Origin: Promethearchaeota archaeon
GTDB lineage: Archaea; Asgardarchaeota; Hermodarchaeia; Hermodarchaeales; Hermodarchaeaceae
Assembly: GCA_048939625.1 (NCBI GenBank)
Contig: JBHLPH010000009.1
Location: 16,400 to 80,399 of the forward strand
Length of the DNA: 64,000 nt
Reading direction: 5' to 3'
The position numbers were made by a program, and so were the translations under genes. Shown piece after piece: positions 10,579-20,785 of this stretch; the stretch's first letter is position 1, and every line of letters begins with the position of its first letter. Below the pieces are notes generated by a model. The model had not been told where the DNA came from and did not search any database. It saw only the letters and a program-made list of their open reading frames with translations.

Positions 10579-10636
10579 CGAAATCACCTGTTGGCAAACC
10601 GTTTAAACGGAGTTACAATACACTATTTTACAGTTT

Positions 10637-11059
10637 GTGATTTATGGTAAAAGCTGGTGGCATCTAGTGGACCAATGGCACATTATTCTCGAATCGAAAG
10701 AGTTGGCATTTAGTGATGTACTAGATAAAACTGGGGCACTAATGATTCGTCCAAGATACATCAATGAATTAAAGGCGATATCACAAAATCATAGGGTACC
10801 ATTTCAGGTAAAATCTCCTGAAGGCATTAACAAACTCCCTTCAAGTTATTTTGTTGTCGAGTTAATTAGCTCCGATAATCATGTTCATTCAGTAATGGGG
10901 CTTTTTGAGTATGCTTATGGGGCCATTAGACTGGTCGGTCTAAATAGCGAAGAACTCACGAATAAAAGTGGGGACGACATGGTTGCATTCTTTGAAGCTC
11001 CTCTTCAAAAGAAAACTAAACTGACTATTCGTGTTTTTGAAGCCAGAAGTGATTCCTAA
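10637..11059 (+). CDS. Hypothetical protein
   Basis: 140-aa ORF filling the gap between iorA and cca; no motif recognised. Confidence 0.55.
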   Translation: MIYGKSWWHLVDQWHIILESKELAFSDVLDKTGALMIRPRYINELKAISQNHRVPFQVKSPEGINKLPSSYFVVELISSDNHVHSVMGLFEYAYGAIRLVGLNSEELTNKSGDDMVAFFEAPLQKKTKLTIRVFEARSDS

Positions 11060-11076
11060 TTCGAAGGGATATTAAT

Positions 11077-12501
11077 TTATTCAAGTTTGGAAAATGGCTG
11101 TACTGCATGAATAAGGATCCATAGTGCCTGCTTTCCAATATCTAAGAATCCTGTCTTACTAATTCTAATAATCCGAAGTTTTGGGGAGATTTGGTTCTGA
11201 AATAGAAAATATCGGATTGCCTTCTCTACATCCGTAAACTCTCTTTTGATTGTGACATAATACTGTCCGTTTTTCAAAAATGCACGAGGATGTCTTTTTA
11301 GAAATTGTTTAGAACCTTCAATGTAATCCTGTTTGGGCCCTTCTCTTGTGTACGAACGGCTTATCTGATTTTTCTCAACATAGAGTGACACTGCAAAGAT
11401 ATTCTTCTGAAAAAGCTCTTCGAAAATCACTTTTCCAAATCGTGATTCCCCCGTTGGTTCTTGTTTAAGAAATTTTGAAAGTTTAGTAAAATACCTGTAA
11501 AGTTTATCCCGAGTTTTTGTGTAATGCCACCCTGTGGAATCTTCAAACTCTATAACAACATAATTTGGTTCTATCTGTTTCATTTCCGCAGATGATAAGA
11601 TCGGTACTGGTTTTCTTTCAAAGAACTTCAATGTGGGAGCGTTCAAGAACTCCTCTGCCTTGTATGTTGTGTACCGATAAGCACGTTTTGAAACACTAGC
11701 AACAACATTCCGGTTAGGATCTGTCGGATCTGATATGACAAAGAAGTCCTGTGGAAATTTCCGTTGGATTAATTCAGAGCTTCGATTGAAGTAATCAAGT
11801 GGTTGCGGGTTATGTTGCGTTAAGTATTTCAAAGCAGATTCAAGCGATTGCATATGGAAGATTAGCATTTCCGTGCTTAAACCCGTGAATCCGCTTCGTC
11901 CTACTGGGCTTGAATCTCCGTAAACAAATACTGATTGAAAGAAGGCTTTTAGAAGACGCACTTCATCGCGTTGATTTTTGGTCAGATGTTCGTCCACAAA
12001 TTTCGAGTGATGTGGTGTACGATCAACAGCGGTGATTGGACCATTGGTGAAGATATACTCTTGAGTTAAATCAAAACAAAATACGATATCGACCTTGTAA
12101 TCACCGATTTGCGCTATAAGATAAGGATGCTCTGCGTATGCCACATGTAACTCTGTTGGATTTAATCGTTTCATTGCTGGAAGCGCAATGGTCTTAACCA
12201 TTTTTTTCAAATATCGACGGATTACAGATTTCGAGTGACTATTTTTTTCTGTTAATTTCGATATATTCGAAACTGCTAATCCTACGAATATATCCAGTTC
12301 ATTCCAATCTCTAAGTTGAGTTTGTTTTCGTCCGGATGACCCTTCTAGTTCAATATATTCAGCATCAACTTTCTTTGTTTTAATTTCTTGACCTAGAGCT
12401 CTACGCACTCGATTAAAAACCTCGTATGTCTTTTTCACTTCAGGCTCAGTTGGTCGGATTTTACGTAGACTTTCAATGCGAATTTTATCAAGAATAGACA
12501 T
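11077..12501 (-). CDS. cca: Class I (archaeal) CCA-adding enzyme
   Basis: EGS..K.T.L...ELDIF, YAEHPY, VDIV, TAVDRTPHH, EVRLLKAF, GFTG, DPTDPNRNV. Confidence 0.93.
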   Translation of the reverse strand: MSILDKIRIESLRKIRPTEPEVKKTYEVFNRVRRALGQEIKTKKVDAEYIELEGSSGRKQTQLRDWNELDIFVGLAVSNISKLTEKNSHSKSVIRRYLKKMVKTIALPAMKRLNPTELHVAYAEHPYLIAQIGDYKVDIVFCFDLTQEYIFTNGPITAVDRTPHHSKFVDEHLTKNQRDEVRLLKAFFQSVFVYGDSSPVGRSGFTGLSTEMLIFHMQSLESALKYLTQHNPQPLDYFNRSSELIQRKFPQDFFVISDPTDPNRNVVASVSKRAYRYTTYKAEEFLNAPTLKFFERKPVPILSSAEMKQIEPNYVVIEFEDSTGWHYTKTRDKLYRYFTKLSKFLKQEPTGESRFGKVIFEELFQKNIFAVSLYVEKNQISRSYTREGPKQDYIEGSKQFLKRHPRAFLKNGQYYVTIKREFTDVEKAIRYFLFQNQISPKLRIIRISKTGFLDIGKQALWILIHAVQPFSKLE

Positions 12502-12571
12502 CTATTGGTTTGTTGGCGACTAGGCTTTTAAGTCATAAAGCCTAAGCCCTATTTCGAGGGAGCCCCTCCAT

Positions 12572-13027
12572 ATGTTAGACGAAGTGGATTTACAGATTCT
12601 CCAGGTTCTCCAATCTAACTCTCGAATATCATTTTCTGAGCTTGGTCGTAGTGTTAGCCTCAGTGCAACTGCAGCACGCAATCGAATTAACAGTCTTGTT
12701 TCCCGAGGAATCATCACAAAGCTTGGAGCTGAACTAGATTGGGTGAAAATCGGGTGGCCAATCCAATCTCTCCTACTTATTCGAACCGAACATGGGAGAG
12801 CTGAAGCCGTTACAAAACAACTTCAAAAAATTCCCCAAATCCTATCTATAACAAAAACAGCTGGTAATGTTGATTTGGTTGTACGTTTATTAGCAAGCGG
12901 AGTTTCTGACTTTACCAATCTCTTACATAAATCACTATCAAAAATCTCTGATATCACGAGTATTAACACTCTCATGATATTAGACGAAGTCAATAATACT
13001 CCACCACTATTATCAGAGTCCAAATAA
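12572..13027 (+). CDS. Lrp/AsnC-family regulator
   Basis: LDEVDLQILQVLQSNSRISFSELGR HTH plus RAM domain. Confidence 0.92.
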   Translation: MLDEVDLQILQVLQSNSRISFSELGRSVSLSATAARNRINSLVSRGIITKLGAELDWVKIGWPIQSLLLIRTEHGRAEAVTKQLQKIPQILSITKTAGNVDLVVRLLASGVSDFTNLLHKSLSKISDITSINTLMILDEVNNTPPLLSESK

Positions 13028-13028
13028 T

Positions 13029-13694
13029 CTAGAATTTTCGTTCTATGATTTCACCATTAGGTGCAGTTTCAGCAAAAATCTGTGCTTGAAACTTGAAAAT
13101 TTTAACATCTAAATCCAGAAAACAGGAAGATGGTAATCCTGCTTTCTGACAACAACCTTGTAAAAACTCTTCAGCATTCCAGTCTTGCTCAGGAGCTACT
13201 TGCGGAAGAAGAAGGCCTCGATGCCAACCTTTTCCATGAACGATTAGACCGTCCCTACCGATGATAACATGCTGTGAAAGTTTTGTTCTATCTTCAATTA
13301 CGATTTCTTCAGGTTGTGTTAGAACACTAATTTCAATCAAGATCGAGTTAAATTCATTCTCGTGAACAGGAGGAAACCGCGGGTCATCAAAGGCGGAGCT
13401 TAATGCTGCTCTCCGAGTAGCCTCGATCAGAGATAATGGCTGTTGGTGACTACTTGGGCTGGGTTGTAGGTGACCGATACATCCTCTTAGATCCCACTCG
13501 GTTCTTTTAATGGATCCACGTTTTTTCAAGGTAACAAAAACGCCACGAGGTTCAAGCAAAGTGTCTGGCAGCCTTTCGGGAAGGTCTTCTAGTTGCTTTC
13601 CACGGAAAGAGCTTTCAATCACCTTTCGTGCATATTGAATCAGGGTGGTTCCTTCATCCAAACTGAGTAGTCGTGACAATTCATGAGCCTCCAA
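13029..13694 (-). CDS. AMMECR1-family protein (AmmeMemoRadiSam protein A)
   Basis: RGVFVTL, LRGCIG, DPRFPP, GLLLPQV. Confidence 0.93.
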   Translation of the reverse strand: MEAHELSRLLSLDEGTTLIQYARKVIESSFRGKQLEDLPERLPDTLLEPRGVFVTLKKRGSIKRTEWDLRGCIGHLQPSPSSHQQPLSLIEATRRAALSSAFDDPRFPPVHENEFNSILIEISVLTQPEEIVIEDRTKLSQHVIIGRDGLIVHGKGWHRGLLLPQVAPEQDWNAEEFLQGCCQKAGLPSSCFLDLDVKIFKFQAQIFAETAPNGEIIERKF

Positions 13695-13699
13695 ATGGC

Positions 13700-14518
13700 T
13701 CAGGTTTTTTTCTGAGGTATAAATCGATTGGCCACCAATTGGACGAGATTACGTCTTATCAAAATATTCTCCATCATTCCCTTTTTCATCACGGGTAAAA
13801 GATGCTGATGCTCTTTAAGAAGTAGATTAGCTGCTTTACTGACTTTCATGTTAGGTTTAGTTGTCAGTTCAGTTCGAGTAAGTATGTTGGAAACAAGAAA
13901 ATCGCGCAATCTCGTACTTTGATATTTAGCGGGGGTTTCGCGCCGAAATGCCACGAAGCCCAAGGCTAAACGTTTCTTCGTAACCAATCCAACAACCTTT
14001 CCTTCGTCAAAAACAGGTAATCCTGGCAAATTCTCCGTTAATAATACTTGACGCGCGTGAACTACACGGTCAGTTAGAGCCACGCTAATTGGGTTTTCTA
14101 ATTGGAGGTCACCCACACTTATGTTATCAACATCCAGACATTGCCGCACAAAATGTGTATTTGTAATGATTCCTATGATCTCCTCATCTTTCACAACTGG
14201 CAAGGCGCGTTCCTTACGTTTATAGAGCCTTTCAGCGGCATGAAACATGTCTGTTGTTGGTTCAACGAATTCGGGGTTTAGCTCCATAACTGAACTGATG
14301 TGGATACTTGCGGGTGATAATTTTCCAGCTCGCGCGGATCCTAATCGGTCAACAATATCCATTTCTGTAATCAATCCGATCAGACGATTTTCTTCGGTTA
14401 CTGGAATCGCAGATATACCTAATTTTTCCATTACGTCCAATGCGACAGGTATTGTTTGATCCTTATCGATGGTCTTTACTGGGGCAGCCATAACTTTCTC
14501 TACTTGCACCAACCTCAC
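13700..14518 (-). CDS. Four-CBS-domain protein
   Basis: Repeated IPV..LIGLIT, LPV..IIGII, LPV..VVGLVT, LPV motifs. Confidence 0.88.
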   Translation of the reverse strand: MRLVQVEKVMAAPVKTIDKDQTIPVALDVMEKLGISAIPVTEENRLIGLITEMDIVDRLGSARAGKLSPASIHISSVMELNPEFVEPTTDMFHAAERLYKRKERALPVVKDEEIIGIITNTHFVRQCLDVDNISVGDLQLENPISVALTDRVVHARQVLLTENLPGLPVFDEGKVVGLVTKKRLALGFVAFRRETPAKYQSTRLRDFLVSNILTRTELTTKPNMKVSKAANLLLKEHQHLLPVMKKGMMENILIRRNLVQLVANRFIPQKKT

Positions 14519-14589
14519 CTTAGTATTTATTATAACTAATTCACTTCAAAATAGTTTGGCTCTTACATGGGATGAATAAAATCTGCTGT

Positions 14590-16599
14590 TTATTCGCTTA
14601 CAAAGGCTACAGGACCAGGAGGTAAGACTGCGATAATTTCATCAATACTCAAAGCTTGGATTTGCACTCTCATCGACTCGGGGAATTGATTTGCAAACTG
14701 CGAGCGTAAATGTTTTGCAGCATCCGAGACTTTCATTCTTCCAGGAATCAGATTCACCAACACTTCTGTTTGCCCTTGAATTGGTGGCTTCGGGCCTGCA
14801 ATAATAATCGGAAAACCTTCTTCAACAATAACTCCCACCGCAATTTCTACTGGTGCATTCCGCACATAGTTTCTCTCTCCACGCACCATAACTGAACCTT
14901 TTGGTAGAAACTCTCCAGATGGTGCACTTAAAGAAACTTGATCACTGTTAACCCAATAAGTATCAGCTGCACTCCATCCTGCTTTCCAAGCCCGAGAATA
15001 GCTGACTGCAAAGGTAGCAATCTCTTGCAACTCAGTCTCTGTAACCTTTTGTCCTTCAGTTTTTGCAATCACAACAGGAGCCCCAGCAAAATCTGCGTGA
15101 AAAAGCAAATCAGGCTCATCAAGATATTTGCGGATTAATTGCTGATTACTTCCAGCATCGCGTCCTCCAAGAACTAGTATACCTTTTGATGTTCTAAACC
15201 ATCGAAACTTCTCATACCAACGTTTTTTACGCCGAAGAACCGGTTTCTCTGTCACCACTTGTTCTAAATCTTCTTCGTGTTTCTCTCGAAGTTTGGTGAT
15301 TTTTGTTTCTGTGTCTTCAATGGCTATTGCTGCACCTTTGACTTTCTTCTCTAGTTGCTTGCTGCGTTGAAATAATTGGTTAGCGTTATCAGTAGCAGAT
15401 AATCGAATATCTAATGTTATTGATTGCTCTCTGAACTGAATATGAACTCGTCCTGCATGCTGCTCGATTTTTCGAAAAATCATCGCTGCGGGGATTTCTT
15501 TGCGCTTTCCCTCTTCAAGTCGTTTAGAGATTTCATTCCATGAGAGATTCTGTTGACGTGCTTCTTGAATTGTGGATAGAAGTTCTTCTACAATTGGGAG
15601 GTTTTGGTAGATGGTATTAGCTGATTCGCGGCTTTGGACAGCCCGGGATTGCATAGTATTCAGGTGTTCTTGTTGCTGATTTCGTAACCGTTGAAGTTTT
15701 ACCAGCTCCTGTTGATATTTTTGCTCTACGTGATCTACGGCAATGTCCTCAGTATGTGATGAATAGAACTCATCCAGGGCCTCATTGAAGTTGGCAAAAT
15801 TCTTCCTCTTAGCTTTTGGATGCAAAGCACTTGTCAGAGGAACAACCCGAACCGGTTCCTCCTCCTCATTGAAAATAATTTGTGGACTTAAAGCTTCTTC
15901 AGCCAGCGTCTGGAAATATCTCTTCAATTCGGTATGGAGGGTTTTCCTTTTTTTCGCATCTAGACTAGACGCTATTGCTGTTGGTTCTAGTTTAGCAGTT
16001 GCCAGGATCTCCTCAACAGTTGTTCCACTCATATTCAAGTTCCGTGCTAATGTGCGAATTAGCTCATGATCAGATTGGTCCAGTATCTCATTCAAGTTTT
16101 TTAGTGAAATCTTTCGTGGGTCCATGGCTCTGAGTGGAGGAAACTGAAATGGGGCTCCACGTACTATATCCCGGTCTCTCATACGCCGAAAGGTCATCGC
16201 TGAAATAATTCGGTTCTGGGGATCGAGTAAAATGGCATTTCCACCACCAAAGAGCTCAATGACTAAAGTAAAACGTTTTTCTGGGGGTCCAGCTCGAAGA
16301 TATACTACCCTATCAAAATCGTGTTGCTCGATTTCTGAAATTTTATGATCACGTAGTTGCTTTCGGAGTGCTTTGCAAAACGCGCGAAGTTTCGCCTCCC
16401 TCTCATAGGTTAAAGCTGTAAGGTGCATGCGCTTGCCAGGTTCAATTAATAACCAAATTTTATTAGGTGAATCAGAACTGAGCTTAAAAAGCAGCGTACC
16501 GTTAAGTTGATAAATATTCAGAATCCATCTCCCGACTACTATATCCTTGATTTCGCGCAACATGACGAAAACATCGGAAGCAGACATACTTGAATTCAC
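14590..16599 (-). CDS. rqcH: Ribosome quality-control NFACT protein (RqcH/Rqc2/NEMF family)
   Basis: IEQHDFDRVV, ELFGGGNAIL, WYEKFRWF..GGRDA.SN, PSGEFLPKGS. Confidence 0.93.
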   Translation of the reverse strand: MNSSMSASDVFVMLREIKDIVVGRWILNIYQLNGTLLFKLSSDSPNKIWLLIEPGKRMHLTALTYEREAKLRAFCKALRKQLRDHKISEIEQHDFDRVVYLRAGPPEKRFTLVIELFGGGNAILLDPQNRIISAMTFRRMRDRDIVRGAPFQFPPLRAMDPRKISLKNLNEILDQSDHELIRTLARNLNMSGTTVEEILATAKLEPTAIASSLDAKKRKTLHTELKRYFQTLAEEALSPQIIFNEEEEPVRVVPLTSALHPKAKRKNFANFNEALDEFYSSHTEDIAVDHVEQKYQQELVKLQRLRNQQQEHLNTMQSRAVQSRESANTIYQNLPIVEELLSTIQEARQQNLSWNEISKRLEEGKRKEIPAAMIFRKIEQHAGRVHIQFREQSITLDIRLSATDNANQLFQRSKQLEKKVKGAAIAIEDTETKITKLREKHEEDLEQVVTEKPVLRRKKRWYEKFRWFRTSKGILVLGGRDAGSNQQLIRKYLDEPDLLFHADFAGAPVVIAKTEGQKVTETELQEIATFAVSYSRAWKAGWSAADTYWVNSDQVSLSAPSGEFLPKGSVMVRGERNYVRNAPVEIAVGVIVEEGFPIIIAGPKPPIQGQTEVLVNLIPGRMKVSDAAKHLRSQFANQFPESMRVQIQALSIDEIIAVLPPGPVAFVSE

Positions 16600-16611
16600 G
16601 GAGGCTCACCA

Positions 16612-16968
16612 TTGTCTAAAAAATATCTTCCCGACGAACCCTTACCTTGGAACCAATTTTGGCGTAATCGCATTACTCCTGAAGATTTGATTTATTATAC
16701 CAGGCTAATTTTTGGTCTTATTGGAGCAGCAATTGCATCAGCCTTTAACTTTTCGGGTCTCTTAGGGCTGGTAGGCTTCTTTGTAGGTATCATCTTGGTT
16801 GTTGTATCATATTTAATTCCAATCTACATTCTAGGCGTGGATCCCCAAGAAATCGGTGGGCACGGAAAGGGACTCATGAAAGGTCTGGGAACAGGAGCAT
16901 TGATTTTCCTCGTAGTTTGGTTCTTAGTATTTAATTTCATTTATTATTATTCAGCAATAACTCCTTGA
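16612..16968 (+). CDS. EMC6/Rab5IF-like three-TM membrane protein
   Basis: YYTR..GL..A..S..F.F.G..G..GF TM hairpin, G..G.L.KGL loop, FLVVWFLVFN terminal helix: pattern of the EMC6/Rab5ip family. Confidence 0.65.
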   Translation: MSKKYLPDEPLPWNQFWRNRITPEDLIYYTRLIFGLIGAAIASAFNFSGLLGLVGFFVGIILVVVSYLIPIYILGVDPQEIGGHGKGLMKGLGTGALIFLVVWFLVFNFIYYYSAITP

Positions 16969-17072
16969 ACTTCATTAAGGATTTCGTCTAAAAAACTGGG
17001 GTCTTTTGAGGAAACCTTAATAGGTTACCTTTCCTAGTGGCGTTTTATACATTATATCCTTGAGGGAATTAA

Positions 17073-17600
17073 GTGAAACTGGATGACAAGGATTTACACA
17101 TTCTCTCTCTACTCCAAAAAGATGGTCGTGCAAAGTACACGCAAATCGCTAGAACCTTATCCAAAGCGATGAATCAAAACATTCCAGATACTACCATTTT
17201 ATTTCGTATTCGAAAACTCCAACAGGCTGGAGTGATAAAACGGTTTACTGTTAGCATAGACCCAGAGATGCTAGACTATACTGTCTCGGGTGTGATGTTC
17301 ATTGAAATTGGTGGACATATTCTCCGAGATATTACAATAGAGCACACACAGAAAATTAAAGCTGAACTTGAAAGCCGATCAAATGTGATATTTCTTGCTC
17401 TCAATGAAACAGAAACCGGACTTTTTGCGATTATTCTCGGAAAACAGACAACGGATCTTGAAGAAATTTTTGATAAATTGAAAGACAACCCTGATGTTGT
17501 TGATGCAAAACTATGGTTCTTAAAACAACCAACAAAAGGTGACAGCCTAATTGGCACAGGCTTACCTATAATTGAATCGGAGGAAATAGATGATGTCTGA
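17073..17600 (+). CDS. Lrp/AsnC-family regulator
   Basis: LDDKDLHILSLLQKDGR..RIRKLQQAGVIKRF. Confidence 0.88.
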   Translation: MKLDDKDLHILSLLQKDGRAKYTQIARTLSKAMNQNIPDTTILFRIRKLQQAGVIKRFTVSIDPEMLDYTVSGVMFIEIGGHILRDITIEHTQKIKAELESRSNVIFLALNETETGLFAIILGKQTTDLEEIFDKLKDNPDVVDAKLWFLKQPTKGDSLIGTGLPIIESEEIDDV

Positions 17601-18330
17601 GACATCAGAAAGGGTGAAGACAGGAATTCCTGGGTTAGACGGAATCCTACATGGAGGGTTCATTCCTGGAAGTAACGTGCTTGTCTCTGGAGGGGCCGGC
17701 ACTGGAAAGACGATCTTCTGTATGCAGTTTCTGTATTCGGGAGCGATGAAATATGGTGACAACGGTGTGTTTGTCACCTTAGAAGAGCGACCAAAAGAGT
17801 TGCGCCATGAAGCAACGCGTTTTGGATGGAACTTTGAGAAATTGCAGGAAGAGGAAAAACTCATCATCGTGGATGCGGCTTCAAGCAAAGCGGGACTACC
17901 AACCACAGAACCACACGCAATTCGAACGGGACTTGACATCAATGCGCTTGCACAAGAAATCTATCGAGTAACAAAGCGAATCAATGCACGACGTATCGTC
18001 ATCGATTCAGTGTCTGGTCTTGGTATCCGCTTTGAAGGAATAGCCGCGGTACGAAATGCGATTTTCAAGTTATCTAGTTTGTTACGAGAGCTTGGAGCAA
18101 CATCAATCATGACTTCTGAGGTTGCAGAAGGCTCAACTGGATTTAGCAGGTATGGCGTTGAAGAATTCATTGCCCAAGGCCTTATCATTCTCTCACTTAC
18201 AGAGCAAGATAGGGAATTACGTCGCAGTCTTGTTGTTCGAAAAATGCGACAAACTGGACATAGCCTTAAGCGGTTTCCTTTCGAAATTAGTAGTTCTGGG
18301 CTTGTCGTAATGCCCGGTGGCGAATTATAA
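17590..18330 (+). CDS. KaiC/RAD55-like single-domain RecA-fold ATPase
   Basis: TGIPGLD, GGAGTGKT, LEE, RIVIDS, RKMR. Confidence 0.92.
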   Translation: MMSETSERVKTGIPGLDGILHGGFIPGSNVLVSGGAGTGKTIFCMQFLYSGAMKYGDNGVFVTLEERPKELRHEATRFGWNFEKLQEEEKLIIVDAASSKAGLPTTEPHAIRTGLDINALAQEIYRVTKRINARRIVIDSVSGLGIRFEGIAAVRNAIFKLSSLLRELGATSIMTSEVAEGSTGFSRYGVEEFIAQGLIILSLTEQDRELRRSLVVRKMRQTGHSLKRFPFEISSSGLVVMPGGEL

Positions 18331-18345
18331 ACCCTAGAAGGCCTC

Positions 18346-18924
18346 TCACAATAAAGTAGTCAGAATCAGCAAAGTAGTGAATACTATGCAAAAATAGACT
18401 ATCAACGGAACTTCAACCACTTGCCATTGTTCGTTTTGTGAATGCGCTTTAGAAAGGGATCGTGTCAGCCAATATGTTTTCTTTTTTGGTTTGTGGACGA
18501 TGTCTATAGTCTTCGATAACTGGTTCCATTTCACTATGTTTCGAATTAAAAGCCATAGGCTATGAGCTCCAAGTAAAATGTATCCTCCGATTAGAATGCT
18601 GAAAGGCGCTACTATGATCCAAAAGGAGTCAAGAATTATCCATGGGTATAGTACTGAAACTATCAGTATTACTTTCCCATCTGCGCCTCCTAGTAATCCA
18701 ACTTGGAAAGCAACTATTACTATTATGAATACAACCAAAATCTGAATTAAATACACAAACCATAATCCGGTGAATGATATACGAATAATCGTGATTGGTG
18801 AAGCTAAAAGTCCTACGAGCCACACCCAATTGGAAACTTCTTTTGTTTGATAGTCCTGAATTGATGCAATCACTAGAAGAAGAAAGACGAAAGTAGCTGT
18901 AGCGATTCCGAGGTAAAGGTCCAA
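18346..18924 (-). CDS. A24-family prepilin/prearchaellin peptidase
   Basis: ASIQD...EVSN.VW and GGAD aspartyl motifs in a multi-TM protein. Confidence 0.8.
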   Translation of the reverse strand: MDLYLGIATATFVFLLLVIASIQDYQTKEVSNWVWLVGLLASPITIIRISFTGLWFVYLIQILVVFIIVIVAFQVGLLGGADGKVILIVSVLYPWIILDSFWIIVAPFSILIGGYILLGAHSLWLLIRNIVKWNQLSKTIDIVHKPKKKTYWLTRSLSKAHSQNEQWQVVEVPLIVYFCIVFTTLLILTTLL

Positions 18925-18982
18925 TGACTACCCTCAAGCATATTGTGTACTCGATACTTAAAGCACTAACAAATATTGAAAA

Positions 18983-19228
18983 CTATTCTGCTATGATTCC
19001 ACTTCGTAAAAATCGTATATAGATGTATATTCCAAGAATTATGAAGGCAATTATTTGGACTGCAAGCCCAACGGAGAGAAGGGCTATTCCAGCTTCAAGA
19101 AAACCCGTGATTTTTCCAATAAAGATAACGCTAATACCACTAAGTAACAAGATGAAGATAAAGATCGATTCTAACAACGTTCCAAACCGACTAAGTAAGG
19201 TTCGAAAACGAGAGTTAACAGTTGACAC
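18983..19228 (-). CDS. Small two-TM membrane protein
   Basis: Two hydrophobic stretches; co-oriented with neighbours. Confidence 0.55.
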   Translation of the reverse strand: MSTVNSRFRTLLSRFGTLLESIFIFILLLSGISVIFIGKITGFLEAGIALLSVGLAVQIIAFIILGIYIYIRFLRSGIIAE

Positions 19229-19358
19229 GCTTCTATCACCAGCTATTAGGTTACCAAATTATTCACGGGGAGGATTTGAGCAGTATTCAGATTAGAATAT
19301 AAATGTACGCCCAGCGGCTAGAAAATTAATGGTTTAAAATTGATGTGAGGTAGTAACT

Positions 19359-19637
19359 CTAGATTGCGTTAATAATGACCTGCTTAACAGCAGGTTCGCA
19401 AACCTTCCGGACTCCGTGTTCGCCTGGTTCATAGTGGCTCTTAATCAGTCCTGCTTGTTCAAGAATTTTAACCTGAGCTGAAATATTCGCCTCAGTTTGT
19501 TTTAGTGCCTTTGCGATACGACTTACATCCATACTCTTTTCACGAAGAAGAGAAATGATGTCCCACCTTGTTTTACTGGAAAGCGCCTTAGCCACACGTG
19601 GCACCTCTTCATCAGGTACTTCGAATCGTTCATTCAA
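19359..19637 (-). CDS. ArsR-family HTH regulator
   Basis: KALSSKTRWDII..EANISAQVKILEQAGLI..GEHGVRKVC; likely TTG start at 19637 after GGGAG (ORF track opens at 19661). Confidence 0.85.
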   Translation of the reverse strand: MNERFEVPDEEVPRVAKALSSKTRWDIISLLREKSMDVSRIAKALKQTEANISAQVKILEQAGLIKSHYEPGEHGVRKVCEPAVKQVIINAI

Positions 19638-19876
19638 TTTATTGGGCTCCCACCGCAGCAATATGATGAAACAGTAGGCAATTCATAGGCTCTCCCTAAT
19701 ATACGTTTCCCAATTTAATTAAGCGGAGAGTTATCTAAACATTTAATCACCTTAACGAAGATTTCTCCCTTAGATTCGGATGCGAATTATCAGGACTCGT
19801 TAAAGTCGCTTGAAAATAAACGCCAGCCACATCAGAATGTGCCAATAGTTTTTTTCGTGGTGGTAAAGAACTTCAT

Positions 19877-20785
19877 GTGATTAATGTGCATCGTCTAGCT
19901 AAGATTCTCCCCAAGATTCAATTGGATGAAATTCAGGTTCTTCAAACACTTGAAGAAATAACTCACCGTTTTGAATATGTTCCACCCGAGGAGATTCAGA
20001 AACGAATAGCAATTGATGCTGAAGAAGTTCTGTTCATTCTTAGCAAACTGAATAAACGAGGTTTGATTCAAAGAACAAAGAAACGGTATCTTGGTTATCG
20101 ACTCTCTCAAATGGGATTCGACGCTCTAGCGCTTTATGAATTGGCCCAAAAAGATGTCATCCTCTCTATAGGACAACCTTATGGAGAAGGCAAAGAGGCA
20201 ACGGTCTATCGCGCACTTGATGCAATGGAAAAGGAAGTCGCTGTGAAGTTTCTCCGATGGGGTCGATCAAGCTTTCGAAGTGTTCGTCGATTAAGAACCC
20301 TAAAAGACGAGGGAACCTTTTCATGGATGGATTTGAGTAAACGAGCCGCAAACCGAGAATTTCGCGCTCTTAGGAAACTTCAGAAGGTAGGAGCACAGGT
20401 TCCCCACCCTATCGCGGTTAACCGCCATGTAATTGTGATGTCAAAAATATCAGGTCAACTTCTTCTAGATATTATGGATTTTAAAAAACCACAAAATGTC
20501 TTCGAAAGAATAATCCAACAAGTAAAACTTGCATATGAAAAAGCTGAAATCGTTCATGGCGATTTAAGCGAGTATAATATCTTTGTAGATGAAGAAGACC
20601 AAATAATTCTCTTTGATTGGCCACAATGGCAGCCTTTAACACATCCCAATGCTTTATGGTTGCTCAAGCGAGACATCACAAATGTAGCTACCTTCTTCAG
20701 ACGCAGATTTCGTCTTCAATATGACGTTAATGAAATTCTTGAGACAATAATTGCTAGTTCCGAAAGGAAGAGAAAGAATGACTAA
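19877..20785 (+). CDS. rio2: RIO2 atypical kinase
   Basis: N-terminal wHTH (GYRL...G.DALAL), GEGKEA.VY, HGDLSEYNI, FDWPQ. Confidence 0.93.
   Translation: MINVHRLAKILPKIQLDEIQVLQTLEEITHRFEYVPPEEIQKRIAIDAEEVLFILSKLNKRGLIQRTKKRYLGYRLSQMGFDALALYELAQKDVILSIGQPYGEGKEATVYRALDAMEKEVAVKFLRWGRSSFRSVRRLRTLKDEGTFSWMDLSKRAANREFRALRKLQKVGAQVPHPIAVNRHVIVMSKISGQLLLDIMDFKKPQNVFERIIQQVKLAYEKAEIVHGDLSEYNIFVDEEDQIILFDWPQWQPLTHPNALWLLKRDITNVATFFRRRFRLQYDVNEILETIIASSERKRKND

Noticed and set aside
13420-13530. Short insertions in AMMECR1 relative to the family pattern as stop-free introns
   Set aside because: No hairpin or BHB structure visible in the nucleotide sequence
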